IMG/VR virus record: IMGVR_UViG_3300045971_000577
Location: 62,001 to 126,000 of that record
Reading direction: 5' to 3' (one strand)
Length of the DNA stretch: 64,000 nucleotides
Position numbers and translations under genes: made by a program. This document shows, in pieces, positions 47,201-57,209 of the stretch. The notes under the pieces were generated by a model that saw nothing but the letters and a program-made list of their open reading frames with translations, was not told the origin of the DNA and did no database searches. Positions within the stretch are counted from its first letter, which is position 1, and every line of letters starts with the position of its first letter.

Positions 47201-47482
47201 TGCACCAGAAATTTGTGGTACTCCGCCGGCGGACTTTTGGATCAAATCTGTACCACCGACTGATAGTTTACCAGATTCTGCAGAGAGAACCAAGTTACCT
47301 GTTGTTAGTGTTACGTTACCAGCAGAGGATGTTAATCCTGCTGTGGTTACTGCTGCATCGGTCGAACCGTTAGCAGCCTTGAAGTTGAAAATGCCCGAGT
47401 TGTTAACAAGGCGTGTACCTGCCTTACCAAATTGTAGGTCACTACCTACACCAACTAGGCCGAAATTCTTTACGTTAGCCAT
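44279..47482 (-). CDS. large virion structural/fibre protein
   Basis: 1067 aa G/T/A-rich; DAANKNYVD, GDRVLV.NQT...DNGIY, NGDGVAGNPT repeats; late motif at 47529. Confidence 0.8.
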   Translation of the reverse strand: MANVKNFGLVGVGSDLQFGKAGTRLVNNSGIFNFKAANGSTDAAVTTAGLTSSAGNVTLTTGNLVLSAESGKLSVGGTDLIQKSAGGVPQISGAAAVLVPTGDTAARPAGVAGLVRVNNDAPTAAYVEFHNGTTWMTLATGGDATALQTEVNNIEATLGSMVNTDGTTNVAAALTNTLFGGATNLTTALVNLASGVAGKDTLDEIFPSTGVANVIYAGAGNTWLQAAPGVTSGVQGYDAGLAALAAKTSTGIMVQTGAVTYGTATITGPAAGITVTNGDGVAGNPTLALADDLAALEGLASTGFAVRTASNVWAQRQLVAPAAGFTITNADGVAGDPTFALSNDLAALEGLTTLGYMVRTGDGTATTRSLNVVSGDLVITGDASGATTDTTFGLATVSQAATGTFLKVTLDTKGRVTGNTAVTTADITALVDATYVNLSGDTMTGNLIMSGATVTGLPDPVNASDAANKNYVDNAVTGLSWKQAVAILSITDIALTGLYSIQGYTLLAGDRVLVTNQTTDADNGIYVAAAGAWVRATDANVFSELNGASVFSTDGTYADSAWVQTATLSTFAGQTWVQFSGAGAYTGGTGIDVAGTVISVLLGAGIMDLPTGEVGADIASGKAIQLTNSTTSGQITFVLDEAVAGDSGLIQSASGLKIQAAKVTNAMLTHSQFTLNGDTGTDSLILGDTLQIKGTSTQGISTATTESPAGTSTVTITAADASSSQKGVATFDATEFTVTAGNVVLGTVPIAKLAASTITFAGNTGAPEAVSLGETVTISSADSAITVTTGTNALSFQLNTVDVPHGGTGLTTLAAGRIPYGAGTSALGNAAAFAFNGTDTLTVGTGTFQGSATDVVVTATATNGDIVLMPNGTGSVIVGPVGAGIIQSDTGTALTVRGNTVLTLESGTGSTLMKLATGTATKVSVSGPTAADYATGLASNDLTNKQYVDTAIASGAAAGAVKAFTATVSLAADGTTNIGTAMPAGATVLSVKVRVDVVNPTSTLSVGKSGSVAAYMTTAENDAQSTGLYMAECYVTEAGVVQLIGTVAGQTTGVGSCVVIVTYQVAQ

Positions 47483-47550
47483 TTTTTACTATCTCCTTGA
47501 TTTGAGGCCAACATGGCCTTCAGCGTGTTATTTATCCTATCAATCTATAA

Positions 47551-49587
47551 TCATACATAAGATACGATTATTTGTGCCGAACCTAGTGTTGACGTACTTG
47601 GATCGAAAGTCCCTCGTATCGTTACATCACCTTGAGCTGTATCTGTACCAAAAAGAACGTCTGTGTATGTGGTATAAGTTCCAGCAACAGTGAGATCAAT
47701 CAATCCCGGAACCATAAGTCCCTCTGGGACTGGTGGTGGGGATAATGTTGGATTACTCACTTGATATCCTATAGATAATGTTGCCGGTCCGTTAAATGGC
47801 GTAGTAACTTCAACAGTAATAAGTGTTACACGTCTTCCGGTGCTTATTTCTCCAATATTTATCGTCGCTGCGGTTGCAGTTGTAAGCGTATATTCTAATG
47901 ATTTTGCATCAGTAGTAGCACTGTCTTGGTTACTGGTTTGTACCCAACTTGCTCCGTCGAATAGCCACATACTCCATTCGCCTACATGATTTCCTTGACT
48001 ATCATCGCTATTGATAACGTATGCCTGATCGCCGAGATATGGCGCCAGTGAATTCAATGCAGCAAGATTAGAAACTACAACCGATGTCGATGTTCTTATA
48101 CCCTCTGCGATATACATTCCACAAGCTTTGATTCCGTTCTCTACAGAAATTAGTCCATAGTCGCCTGTAGGCGATCCGACTACATCTAAAAAGTTTATGG
48201 GTCTTGAATCTATTGCAATAAAGGTTACTCGATAGTCGGAGGAACCGGTGGTAAACGTAGGGACACCTGATCCCGAAGCATTACCTGAAAAGCTAACACC
48301 ATTTATATCGGCCTGAGTATTAACAATGGTAATTGAACCGCCTGTGCTATTTGTTATTACCAGGGATGCTGCTCCAATGGTTGTCGCAGTTATGTTCGGA
48401 ATATTGGCATTATTTATAGCAGTCTTCATGTCAACTGCTCTCGAATATCCCACATATCCTGCATCCGAAGATGAAATATTAAATGTCACTAATGTTCCGT
48501 TAATTGTTGCCGCAGGGTATGGTGCGGTTACATTTAACAATATTTCACCATACAACGGTGATAATGAAAGTGTGGTAGATGCGGTAGACGGTACAAGATT
48601 CTTTGTGGCATGAACACCAGTCTGACTTGCTACTAATTCTATAGCAGTAACAAGATCGTCGAGATTACCGCTGGCTCCGCCAATGACTACATCTATGTCG
48701 TTTAACTGAAATACATTACCTGGTGTAGTGCTAGAATTTGCATTACTATATGAAATAGAATTTGTATTATTTCGTATCTTTAGATAGATCTGAGATCCAC
48801 CCGGTGTCAATGTAAGTCCGCCAGGATTGTTTGGATCTGTATAAATTATATCTCCAATCTGGCCTGGCAAATTATCCAAAAAGTCAGTAATTTTCTGAAC
48901 AGGATTAATCGTGAACCATCCGATAATGGTATCTGAGATTGATGTAATTCTACCAACCGGGATTATGGACGAAGTTGACGCTAATGCAAAACTATGAGTA
49001 GAAACATCTGTGCCAATAACATCGTTGTTCTGAAAACCATTTCCGGACTGGTACAAAGGAAAATCATACTGTAGATTGATATACTCAAATCTACTAAGTA
49101 GGTTGGTAAAGAAGTTTGCCGACACTCCAGCTTCCGGTATGGGATCAATTTGCGGAACTCCCGAATCACTAACCGAGAATGCAACATAGTATCCGAGCGG
49201 TGGTGAACCGTCGCCCTGCTGTGTTACGTCTCTGTATGTATTGTATCTATAGATATCCTGCACAATAAATTGTATGGATTGAGTGGTTTTCGATACAACA
49301 CTAATAATTTGCCAGGCTGCGCCCGATGATGCATTGGCAATCCATTGCCCTACAGAAATATCTTGACCGTTATATGCGCCAGGCTGTCTACTTAGATTGG
49401 AACTGTGTAATTGCTGAGATACATCACATGTTAATATCCATCTATAAGCATTCTGCTGAGCTGAGGGCTCTGGATTTCCGGGCGCCACCGGAAATAGAGC
49501 AGGGTTGTACCATGGCATGGTGTCCGATGGTACAACTGATATCAAGTTCAACTGAACTGACTTTAGTGGAATATTTAGAAATGACAT
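47551..49587 (-). CDS. virion structural protein
   Basis: ~678 aa beta-rich; likely start MSFLNIP. Confidence 0.75.
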   Translation of the reverse strand: MSFLNIPLKSVQLNLISVVPSDTMPWYNPALFPVAPGNPEPSAQQNAYRWILTCDVSQQLHSSNLSRQPGAYNGQDISVGQWIANASSGAAWQIISVVSKTTQSIQFIVQDIYRYNTYRDVTQQGDGSPPLGYYVAFSVSDSGVPQIDPIPEAGVSANFFTNLLSRFEYINLQYDFPLYQSGNGFQNNDVIGTDVSTHSFALASTSSIIPVGRITSISDTIIGWFTINPVQKITDFLDNLPGQIGDIIYTDPNNPGGLTLTPGGSQIYLKIRNNTNSISYSNANSSTTPGNVFQLNDIDVVIGGASGNLDDLVTAIELVASQTGVHATKNLVPSTASTTLSLSPLYGEILLNVTAPYPAATINGTLVTFNISSSDAGYVGYSRAVDMKTAINNANIPNITATTIGAASLVITNSTGGSITIVNTQADINGVSFSGNASGSGVPTFTTGSSDYRVTFIAIDSRPINFLDVVGSPTGDYGLISVENGIKACGMYIAEGIRTSTSVVVSNLAALNSLAPYLGDQAYVINSDDSQGNHVGEWSMWLFDGASWVQTSNQDSATTDAKSLEYTLTTATAATINIGEISTGRRVTLITVEVTTPFNGPATLSIGYQVSNPTLSPPPVPEGLMVPGLIDLTVAGTYTTYTDVLFGTDTAQGDVTIRGTFDPSTSTLGSAQIIVSYV

Positions 49588-49588
49588 A

Positions 49589-51265
49589 TTAGAATCCGAA
49601 AACAACCATCAAGTATGCTCTTAATCCAATACCGCCGACCGCACCCGTGGCAGTCTGGGTTAGAGTTAGCGTCAACAAATTAGTAGCGGTAAAGCTTGTT
49701 AAGATATCCGGAGTTGCAACAGTTCCGCCGCCGGCGATTGTGTTTGTGCTGTATGCTGTAATATCCTTAACCACAAAGTTATTCGTGGTTGTATTCTGAG
49801 CATAAGTTGTAATCGACTTAGGTGGATTTGATTTACCAGTAAATGCGTAAGTTGTGGTACATGCTGCACCACTCGTAATTGTTGCTGTAACACCAGATGT
49901 CATCGATACTAGGTTACCGACACCGCTCGAAAAGGCTCCGCCTGCGCCTGTATCGTATTGGTATATAACAATTTCGGGTGTGCTGCTTCCACCACTTGCA
50001 GTAATAGTAGTATTTGTTACACCGGTAATTCTACCTTTGCTGTCTACCGCAAAGACCGGCACCTGTGTAGCACTACCATATGTGTTTGCTACCACGGTTG
50101 TGTTTGCTAGGGTTGCTGCAAATGAGCCAGTGCCAGTGCCTGTAACGTCGCCTGTAAGTGTAATCGTTTGATCGCCGGTGTTGGTTCCGCTTGACAATCC
50201 ACTATGCGTGCCTGACAAGTTAGATCCAGTAACTGTACCGACCGCAGCAACACTCGATGGAGTAATAGAACCGAGTGTCAGTGTAATAGCTGGAGTTGTG
50301 GTTGCTGTTGCCACTGTGCCAGAAACCCCGTTGGCGGTTACCACAGATACAGTTGTAACGGTTCCGCTACCGCCGCCGGAACCGTTACTTGCTGAAGTAA
50401 TACGACCTTTGCCGTCAACAGTAATATTTGCACTGGTGTATGAACCAGCGACAACCGCTGTATTTGCTAGTGACAAAGAAAGTGCAGGAGTTGTTGTTGA
50501 CGTTGCAACAGTTCCTGTAATATCAGATGTGCCAGTTACCGAAACAGTAGTTACTGATCCACTTCCGTTTGCTGTCCAGGATGCTGTTGTACCGTTAGTT
50601 GTTAGGAATAATCCTGTGTTACCGGTTTGGCTAGGAAGTAATGCATTGATTGCTGCCGAAGCTGTTGCTGCACCAGTTCCACCGTTTGTAATAGAAAGTG
50701 TACCTGCAAGCGTAATTGCACCAGTAGTTCCTGTACTTGGAGTAAATCCAGTAGTGCCTGCACTGAACGATGTTACACCTGTGGCGCCGTTGCTTGCCGA
50801 AGTGATACGACCTTTGCTGTCGACTGTAACACTTGCATTGGTGTATGCACCTGCAACAACTGCTGTATTCGCCAAAGTTGCTGCAAATGAGCCAGTGCCA
50901 GATCCTGTGACGTCACCTGTAAGTGTAATCGTTTGATCGCCGGTGTTTGTACCGGAGCTTGTGCCTGATAAATTGCTACCTGTAACTGTACCGATTGCGG
51001 CTACACTCGACGGAGTAATAGCGCCAAGTGTTAATGTGATAGCCGGAGTTGTTGTCGGATTTGCAACAGTGCCCGATATGCCGTTTGCAGTCGCTACAGA
51101 TACCGATGTAATAGTTCCATTACTGGTGAGCGGAGTTTCAATACCAGACGAATTTAGTGAATAAAACACTCCGTTGGTTTTTGAATAAAACAGGATTTGT
51201 CCTACTGTAGGTGCAGTAGGAGAGGTATCTCCCTGTACCATTAATATTCTTGCTGGTGTGCTCAT
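49589..51265 (-). CDS. repetitive fibre protein
   Basis: TVDSKGRITSASNG, TTTPAITLTLG, NTGDQTITLTGDVTG repeats. Confidence 0.8.
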   Translation of the reverse strand: MSTPARILMVQGDTSPTAPTVGQILFYSKTNGVFYSLNSSGIETPLTSNGTITSVSVATANGISGTVANPTTTPAITLTLGAITPSSVAAIGTVTGSNLSGTSSGTNTGDQTITLTGDVTGSGTGSFAATLANTAVVAGAYTNASVTVDSKGRITSASNGATGVTSFSAGTTGFTPSTGTTGAITLAGTLSITNGGTGAATASAAINALLPSQTGNTGLFLTTNGTTASWTANGSGSVTTVSVTGTSDITGTVATSTTTPALSLSLANTAVVAGSYTSANITVDGKGRITSASNGSGGGSGTVTTVSVVTANGVSGTVATATTTPAITLTLGSITPSSVAAVGTVTGSNLSGTHSGLSSGTNTGDQTITLTGDVTGTGTGSFAATLANTTVVANTYGSATQVPVFAVDSKGRITGVTNTTITASGGSSTPEIVIYQYDTGAGGAFSSGVGNLVSMTSGVTATITSGAACTTTYAFTGKSNPPKSITTYAQNTTTNNFVVKDITAYSTNTIAGGGTVATPDILTSFTATNLLTLTLTQTATGAVGGIGLRAYLMVVFGF

Positions 51266-53470
51266 AATATAGCTATAACTCCATTGTTTATCATATAACC
51301 GGCAACTTCGAGTTCACCTGTTACGATATATTGATGTCTTGGTGCAACTGTGATAGTATCAGCGAGGTCTATTAAATCCCTGACTGTTGTATCTACGTGT
51401 TGAGTAGTAATCGATGTTACTAATCCTTTTGCGTTTACTGTTATTGTCGGAACAAAATGCGAGTCTGCATAGGTGCCGGGTGTTACGTTTACCGTTGCAA
51501 GGGTAGCCGCAAATGATCCAGTGCCAGTGCCAGTAACATCACCAGTTAGTGTGATTGTCTGATCACCAGTGTTTGTACCGGATAGGTTAGAACCAGTAAC
51601 TGTGCCAACCGCCGCCACGCTATTCGGTGTTATTGCATCGAGTGTTAGTGTAATAGCAGGAGTTGATGATGCATTTGCAACGGTACCAGATACGCCGTTT
51701 GCTGTTACGATAGAAACTGTGGTGACCGTGCCTGGGCCAACGTCTGTTCCCCAGGATACTGTAGTTCCGTCTGTTGTTAGGAATCTACCAGCATTTCCGG
51801 CTTGCGGTGGAACTAATGCATCGAGTGCCGCAGCAGCAGTAGTAGCACCTGTACCACCATTTGCAATAGATAATGTTCCACCAAGTGTTAGTGTTCCCGA
51901 AGTAGTAATAGGACCACCAGTAAGTGTCAATCCTGTTGTACCGCCTGAACCAGAAACAGATGTTACTGTACCCGTTGATGATGCTCCACTACTTGCGGAA
52001 GTAATTCTACCTTGTGCATCAATAGTAATATTCGCTAAAGTATACGAACCCGGAACTACAGTTGTATTTGCTAAAGAAATAGTACCTGTAGTCGAAATAG
52101 TGCCGCCGGCGAGTCCGGTGCCTGTTACTATTGAAGTTACTGTACCGGTATTGGTTGTATAACCGGCAGGGTTAGTGGAATTATAAGGAGTAAATCCAAG
52201 TGCGGTAGTAATGTCGCCGGCCGTCACAGCCGATGATGCTATTACGAGACCTTTACCATTTACAGTAATCTTACGGAATGTATCAGTTTGTGGTGATGCA
52301 TTTACCGTTGCCAATGTCAATACGGTAGCACCTGTTGCATCACCAGTGTGAGTTGCGTTAGATACCAATCCACTATATAACGAGTTTACTGCGTTATCGC
52401 CGGTGTTTGTACCCGACAAATTCGAACCTGTAACTGTTCCAGTTGCGGCCACACTTGTTGGTGTGATTGCACCAAGGGTAAGTGTAATCGCCGGTGTTGT
52501 AGCAGCGGTTGCTACTGTACCCGAAACTCCGTTGGCTGTTACGATAGAAACTGTAGTTACAGTACCGCCACCTCCAGCTGATCCGCTAGCAGCAGCAGTT
52601 ATTCTACCGTATGCGTCGATAGTTATGTTTGCTGCCGTATATGTACCGGGTGTAACCGTTGTAGGAATAAGATCAATAACAGGTGTTATTCCACCGGTTG
52701 AAGAAATACGACCTGCTGTACCAGCAACAGAAGTTACTGTGCCTGGAGTAAATCCGAGTGCAGTAGTTACATCAGTGTTAGTTAGGGTTATAGCACCAGT
52801 TCGTGTATTGAAACTTGAAACTCCACCAACTACTCCGTTGCTTGCCGAAGTGATACGACCTTTACCATCGATTGTAATATTCGCATTGGTGTATGCACCT
52901 GCAACAACCGCGGTATTTGCCAAAGTCGCTGCAAATGATCCAGTGCCGGATCCAGTAACATCGCCGGTTAGTGTGATTGTCTGATCACCAGTGTTTGTAC
53001 CAGAAAGATTCGAACCTGTGACTGTGCCTGTTGCTGCTACACTGGTAGGTGTAATAGCTCCAAGGCCTATTGTAATAGATGGTGTAGTTGTTGCATTTAA
53101 TACTACTGCTGAAACACCTTGTGCTCCAGTTACTGAAACAGATGTTACAGTTCCGGTACCATCGCCCGCCTGCCAACTTACATTCGAACCATCTGTTTTC
53201 AGGAATTTACCTATATTACCTGCTTGGCTTGGTAGAAGCGCAATCAACGCACCCGATGCGGTTGTTGCACCAGTTCCGCCATTTGATATTGACAGTGTGC
53301 CACCTAATGTTAGTGTGCCGGATGTAGTAATAGGACTACCGGTAAATGTTAGTCCTGTTGTTCCGCCCGACGCAGCAATAGATGTTACTGTGCCTGTTCC
53401 GCCCGGCGATCCGCTACTTGCCGAAGTTATACGACCAGCCGAATCTATTGTAACTGTTGCATAGTTATAT
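50100..53470. repeat. dispersed coding repeats shared by two fibre genes
   Basis: Four copies of the NTGDQTITLTGDVTG.GTGSFAATLA module; ~50787-50953 and ~52835-53001 are highly similar at DNA level. Confidence 0.8.
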
Positions 53471-54363
53471 GTTCCAGGTACAACAGTAGTATCGTCAAGT
53501 GTAACTATAGCACCGTTGACTGTGATTCCGTTGCTACCGGTATAGGCGCCAGGTCCGGTTACCTGTATCCAATTCTGTGGAGCAAATCCCACAATATAAT
53601 GATTATCTTGAAACCAACCCGTATTAGCATATGTATTACCTTCCATAACCATAACAGATGCACCAATCAAATCTACATTTGAATTGTCATCCTTAGATCG
53701 TGTTAGAAGATACGCTGATCCTATTCCGGAAACGGTATAGATTCCGTTTTCAGCCTCAAGGTCTTGATTCATCAACAATACTCGATATCCATTCGCTACT
53801 GGATGACTGTCTATAGTTAGTGTGGCACCACCAGATAGAGGAATATCTGTATTTGCAAGAACATGCACTGCCTGTTTCCAGGAAGCATTAGAAAGATCAT
53901 TGTAATCACCAGTCAAGGCAACCGTAGCAAGACCTGATATACTAGCAGCTGGTATAGTGGTAGAATAAACCAGCTGAGTTCCAGCTGAGTTCCATTTTAC
54001 ATAACCGTCGGGAAGCGAAGGTGTTGTTGTGTCGCTGAGACCAACGAAACTAAAACTGTTGTTAGTCGGAATTACCGGCTTGTTCAACAGAGTATTATAG
54101 TCTATGAATTTATTCTCCCATAGACTTGTAATATTGTTGTACACCAACCCTTGACCGTTCTGTAACGAAAGTGGATTATCAACTGATGGCGACACATCTG
54201 TTAGCTCGCCTAATCTTGTTGCTCCTGTTCCGCCAGCGCCCTCAGCGTTGATGAATGCTTTTCTAATTGAATCGTACCGTATTGTTTGTCCGTCACGAAG
54301 ATCCTTTATGTAAAAGGTTGGTACATATTGATTTAGAAGAGCATTTTGACCTACGATTGCCAT
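51262..54363 (-). CDS. long repetitive fibre protein
   Basis: 1033 aa, same repeat modules as 49589..51265. Confidence 0.8.
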   Translation of the reverse strand: MAIVGQNALLNQYVPTFYIKDLRDGQTIRYDSIRKAFINAEGAGGTGATRLGELTDVSPSVDNPLSLQNGQGLVYNNITSLWENKFIDYNTLLNKPVIPTNNSFSFVGLSDTTTPSLPDGYVKWNSAGTQLVYSTTIPAASISGLATVALTGDYNDLSNASWKQAVHVLANTDIPLSGGATLTIDSHPVANGYRVLLMNQDLEAENGIYTVSGIGSAYLLTRSKDDNSNVDLIGASVMVMEGNTYANTGWFQDNHYIVGFAPQNWIQVTGPGAYTGSNGITVNGAIVTLDDTTVVPGTYNYATVTIDSAGRITSASSGSPGGTGTVTSIAASGGTTGLTFTGSPITTSGTLTLGGTLSISNGGTGATTASGALIALLPSQAGNIGKFLKTDGSNVSWQAGDGTGTVTSVSVTGAQGVSAVVLNATTTPSITIGLGAITPTSVAATGTVTGSNLSGTNTGDQTITLTGDVTGSGTGSFAATLANTAVVAGAYTNANITIDGKGRITSASNGVVGGVSSFNTRTGAITLTNTDVTTALGFTPGTVTSVAGTAGRISSTGGITPVIDLIPTTVTPGTYTAANITIDAYGRITAAASGSAGGGGTVTTVSIVTANGVSGTVATAATTPAITLTLGAITPTSVAATGTVTGSNLSGTNTGDNAVNSLYSGLVSNATHTGDATGATVLTLATVNASPQTDTFRKITVNGKGLVIASSAVTAGDITTALGFTPYNSTNPAGYTTNTGTVTSIVTGTGLAGGTISTTGTISLANTTVVPGSYTLANITIDAQGRITSASSGASSTGTVTSVSGSGGTTGLTLTGGPITTSGTLTLGGTLSIANGGTGATTAAAALDALVPPQAGNAGRFLTTDGTTVSWGTDVGPGTVTTVSIVTANGVSGTVANASSTPAITLTLDAITPNSVAAVGTVTGSNLSGTNTGDQTITLTGDVTGTGTGSFAATLATVNVTPGTYADSHFVPTITVNAKGLVTSITTQHVDTTVRDLIDLADTITVAPRHQYIVTGELEVAGYMINNGVIAIL

Positions 54364-54376
54364 TATTCTATGTTCC

Positions 54377-54814
54377 TTATAGACTCAATAATACTTTATC
54401 AATTTGTCCGTACTGCCAAGTATTCCAATTTGGTGTTTGTGGTGTTGGCTGAATATAATCTCTTGTCAACACTGTTCTTAGAAATACGAAATTACCGATA
54501 AAGGATGTTGCCATTGAACCTGTATCACCGCCATTGGCACCAGTAGGTGCGAACGGATCAATAGGAAATGGAATATATGGAGTATTTATGTCTCCCATTG
54601 GGTTTATCTTTATCCAGAACCAATCTTCGGGTTTTGGATCTAACGCAAGTGTTCCTTGCAGTCCGAAGCCACCTACCAGGTTTTGATAGATAACTTGCAC
54701 GGTGTGTATGCCATCCGTATAGCCGTAATAGGCGTCAGCTTTAATTGGCTCTCCAAAGACATTCCAGTCGGTGCCAGTGTTCGTAAGCATTAGCACTGAT
54801 TTTCTGATTGCCAT
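54377..54814 (-). CDS. virion structural protein
   Basis: ADAYYG.TDG.HTV, QGTLA..P...DWF, F.GNFVFLR; late motif at 54837-54844. Confidence 0.75.
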   Translation of the reverse strand: MAIRKSVLMLTNTGTDWNVFGEPIKADAYYGYTDGIHTVQVIYQNLVGGFGLQGTLALDPKPEDWFWIKINPMGDINTPYIPFPIDPFAPTGANGGDTGSMATSFIGNFVFLRTVLTRDYIQPTPQTPNWNTWQYGQIDKVLLSL

Positions 54815-54945
54815 AGTGTTCCTTCTTGTTCTCTATTATTTATCAGAAGTTGTCAATAACCTCAGCCGTAAAAAAGCCCCTACACGGGGCATTCTTATGC
54901 TGTATTATTTGGATCACTAATGCACATATGATTATTGATACATAG

Positions 54946-54970
54946 AAAAGAACCGCCAGGCGGTTCTTTT
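54946..54970. terminator. intrinsic terminator after clpA
   Basis: AAAAGAACCGCC-A-GGCGGTTCTTTT; second hairpin at ~54870-54890. Confidence 0.75.
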
Positions 54971-54984
54971 AGGAGAACATCTGT

Positions 54985-57201
54985 TTAGAGCAAAATCTGT
55001 TCCACGACAGGATCCATCACAGAAACAACAATCTCGTTTTCCTGTACGTCGACATTGGCACGACCACCCAACATCAACTTACCAAACAAGATTTCCTTGG
55101 ATAGCGGCTTCTTGACCTTGTCCTCGAACAAGCGTTCGAACGGTCTTGCACCCATCTTCGGATCATAACCGTTAGTTGCAAGCCAATCGCGTGCTGCCTG
55201 TGTAACGTTGATGCTGATGTTCTTCGGCGTCAACATAACTTCAGTCTTGTCGACTTCGGCGTTAACGATAAGGTTCATCTCAGTCATGGTCAGCTTATTG
55301 AACTTCACAATGCCATCAAGGCGGTTGCGGAATTCTGGGCTAAGGAATCGTTTAATTTCCTTTTCTACGGCAATCGAGTTATCCTGATCACCGAAACCAA
55401 TCTTCAACGTTTCTGCATCGCGCGCACCCAAGTTGGCCGACATAACGATAATCACGTTTGAGAAGTCGACAGTCTTGCCCTTTGCTGATGTAAGACGACC
55501 GTCATCCATCACTTGCAATAGCACTGTCAGTACATCAGGGTGTGCCTTTTCGATTTCGTCCAACAACAGAACGCAGTTCGGGTTAGCATCAATCTTCTGA
55601 ATAAGTTGACCTTCGCCCATCTTGCCCTCGCCGTGGCCAACATAGCCCGGAGGTGCGCCGATAAGTTTGGCAACCGTGTGCTTTTCCATGTACTCCGACA
55701 AGTCGAAGCGTATAAGGGTGACACCGAGTGCCGTTGCAAGTTGCTTGGCAGTGTATGTCTTACCAGTACCAGTTGGGCCTGTAAACAAGAAGCTACCGAT
55801 TGGCTTTGCAGGATTACGCAGGCCGGACTTGGACAGATAGATTGCTTCGACCAGCTTGTCAATAGCATCATCCTGGCCATAGACCTTATCCTTCACACGC
55901 GGTGCAAGATTTGCCAATGCATCATTTTCCTTCATGTCCATCATCTGGGCAGGAATACGAGCAATTTTCGAAGCTTGTTCGAGTACCATATCGATAGTCA
56001 CAATAGGCTGCTCTCTTAGTTTGGCAATTGCGCCGGCTGAGTCCATAATGTCAATAGCCTTATCCGGGAAGAACTTTTGCTTCAGATAACGATCAGCCAA
56101 GTCGACACAAAGATCTAACGCACCATCGGCAAAGATGATACCGTGGAACTTCTCGTACTGATATGCAATACCGGAAAGGATGAGTTTAGTTTCGGCAGCA
56201 GAAGGCTGGTTGATGTCATACTTTTGGAAACGACGTAACAGTGCCTTATCCTTTTCAAAGTGTTCATGAAACTCGTCGTAAGTGGTAGCACCGACGCACA
56301 TCAATTCACCCTTAGCGAGCATAGGCTTTAGCAAGTTTCCTGCATCCATTGTGCTGCCAGTAGTGGAACCAGCACCCAAAATCATGTGAATCTCATCGAT
56401 AAACATAATGCAGTTCTTGAGCTTCTTGACTTGATCAAGCACACCCTTGAGTCGTTCTTCGAAATCACCTCGAAACTTAGTTCCGGCAAGCAATGCACCC
56501 ATATCCAAGCTGTAAACAACCTTGTCCTGCAATGCCTTGGGTACTTCCTTCTTGGTAATCTTGAGTGCAAGGCCTTCTGCAAGTGCAGTCTTGCCAACCC
56601 CGGGCTCACCAACATAGACCACATTGTTCTTCTTGCGGCGTGCAAGAATCTCGATTGTGTCCATAACTTCTTTCTCGCGGCCGATAACAGGGTCAATGGT
56701 TCCGTCTGCCGCTTCCTTATTCAGATTGCGTGCATATAGATCCAGCGGAGTTTCCTCGGCCTGGCTGACTGCTTTTTCGTCTGCCTTGCGTAGTTGCGTT
56801 ATGAGCTTTTCGCGTGTAACGCTGTGCTTTGCAAGAAAATAATATGCGTGACTAGTTTCTTCGCTAAGAATGCTGATAAACACAGCCTCGTTGGTAAGTT
56901 CGTTTCTACCGCTAAAAACAAGTTGTGTCAATGCACGTTGGAATGTACGGTTGAGAACTTGTGTACGCTTTGCAGGAACATCTTTTAATGTGTCTGGCTT
57001 CTTCAATGCAGGATCACCCAGGAACTGGATAACGTCTGCTTTAATTTTGGCTGGTTGTGATCCGATGCCAAGCAACAATTCGTTGATTTCTTTCTCATGC
57101 AACAGAGATAGGAGAATGTGTTCCAATGTCACATATTCGTGATTGTTATCATTGGCAATTGAAACTGCACGCTCTACCATCTTTTCAGCTTTTTTACTCA
57201 T
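54985..57201 (-). CDS. clpA: ATP-dependent Clp protease ATPase subunit ClpA
   Basis: HEYVTLEHILL N-domain, GEPGVGKT, FIDEIH, GPTGTGKT, LLLDEIEKAH, IGF loop; no ClpB middle domain. Confidence 0.93.
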   Translation of the reverse strand: MSKKAEKMVERAVSIANDNNHEYVTLEHILLSLLHEKEINELLLGIGSQPAKIKADVIQFLGDPALKKPDTLKDVPAKRTQVLNRTFQRALTQLVFSGRNELTNEAVFISILSEETSHAYYFLAKHSVTREKLITQLRKADEKAVSQAEETPLDLYARNLNKEAADGTIDPVIGREKEVMDTIEILARRKKNNVVYVGEPGVGKTALAEGLALKITKKEVPKALQDKVVYSLDMGALLAGTKFRGDFEERLKGVLDQVKKLKNCIMFIDEIHMILGAGSTTGSTMDAGNLLKPMLAKGELMCVGATTYDEFHEHFEKDKALLRRFQKYDINQPSAAETKLILSGIAYQYEKFHGIIFADGALDLCVDLADRYLKQKFFPDKAIDIMDSAGAIAKLREQPIVTIDMVLEQASKIARIPAQMMDMKENDALANLAPRVKDKVYGQDDAIDKLVEAIYLSKSGLRNPAKPIGSFLFTGPTGTGKTYTAKQLATALGVTLIRFDLSEYMEKHTVAKLIGAPPGYVGHGEGKMGEGQLIQKIDANPNCVLLLDEIEKAHPDVLTVLLQVMDDGRLTSAKGKTVDFSNVIIVMSANLGARDAETLKIGFGDQDNSIAVEKEIKRFLSPEFRNRLDGIVKFNKLTMTEMNLIVNAEVDKTEVMLTPKNISINVTQAARDWLATNGYDPKMGARPFERLFEDKVKKPLSKEILFGKLMLGGRANVDVQENEIVVSVMDPVVEQILL

Positions 57202-57209
57202 TAGGTTCC

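Noticed and set aside
44430-53464. Many Val/Pro/Ala-rich plus-strand ORFs
   Set aside because: Reverse-complement artefacts of Gly/Thr-rich fibre genes.
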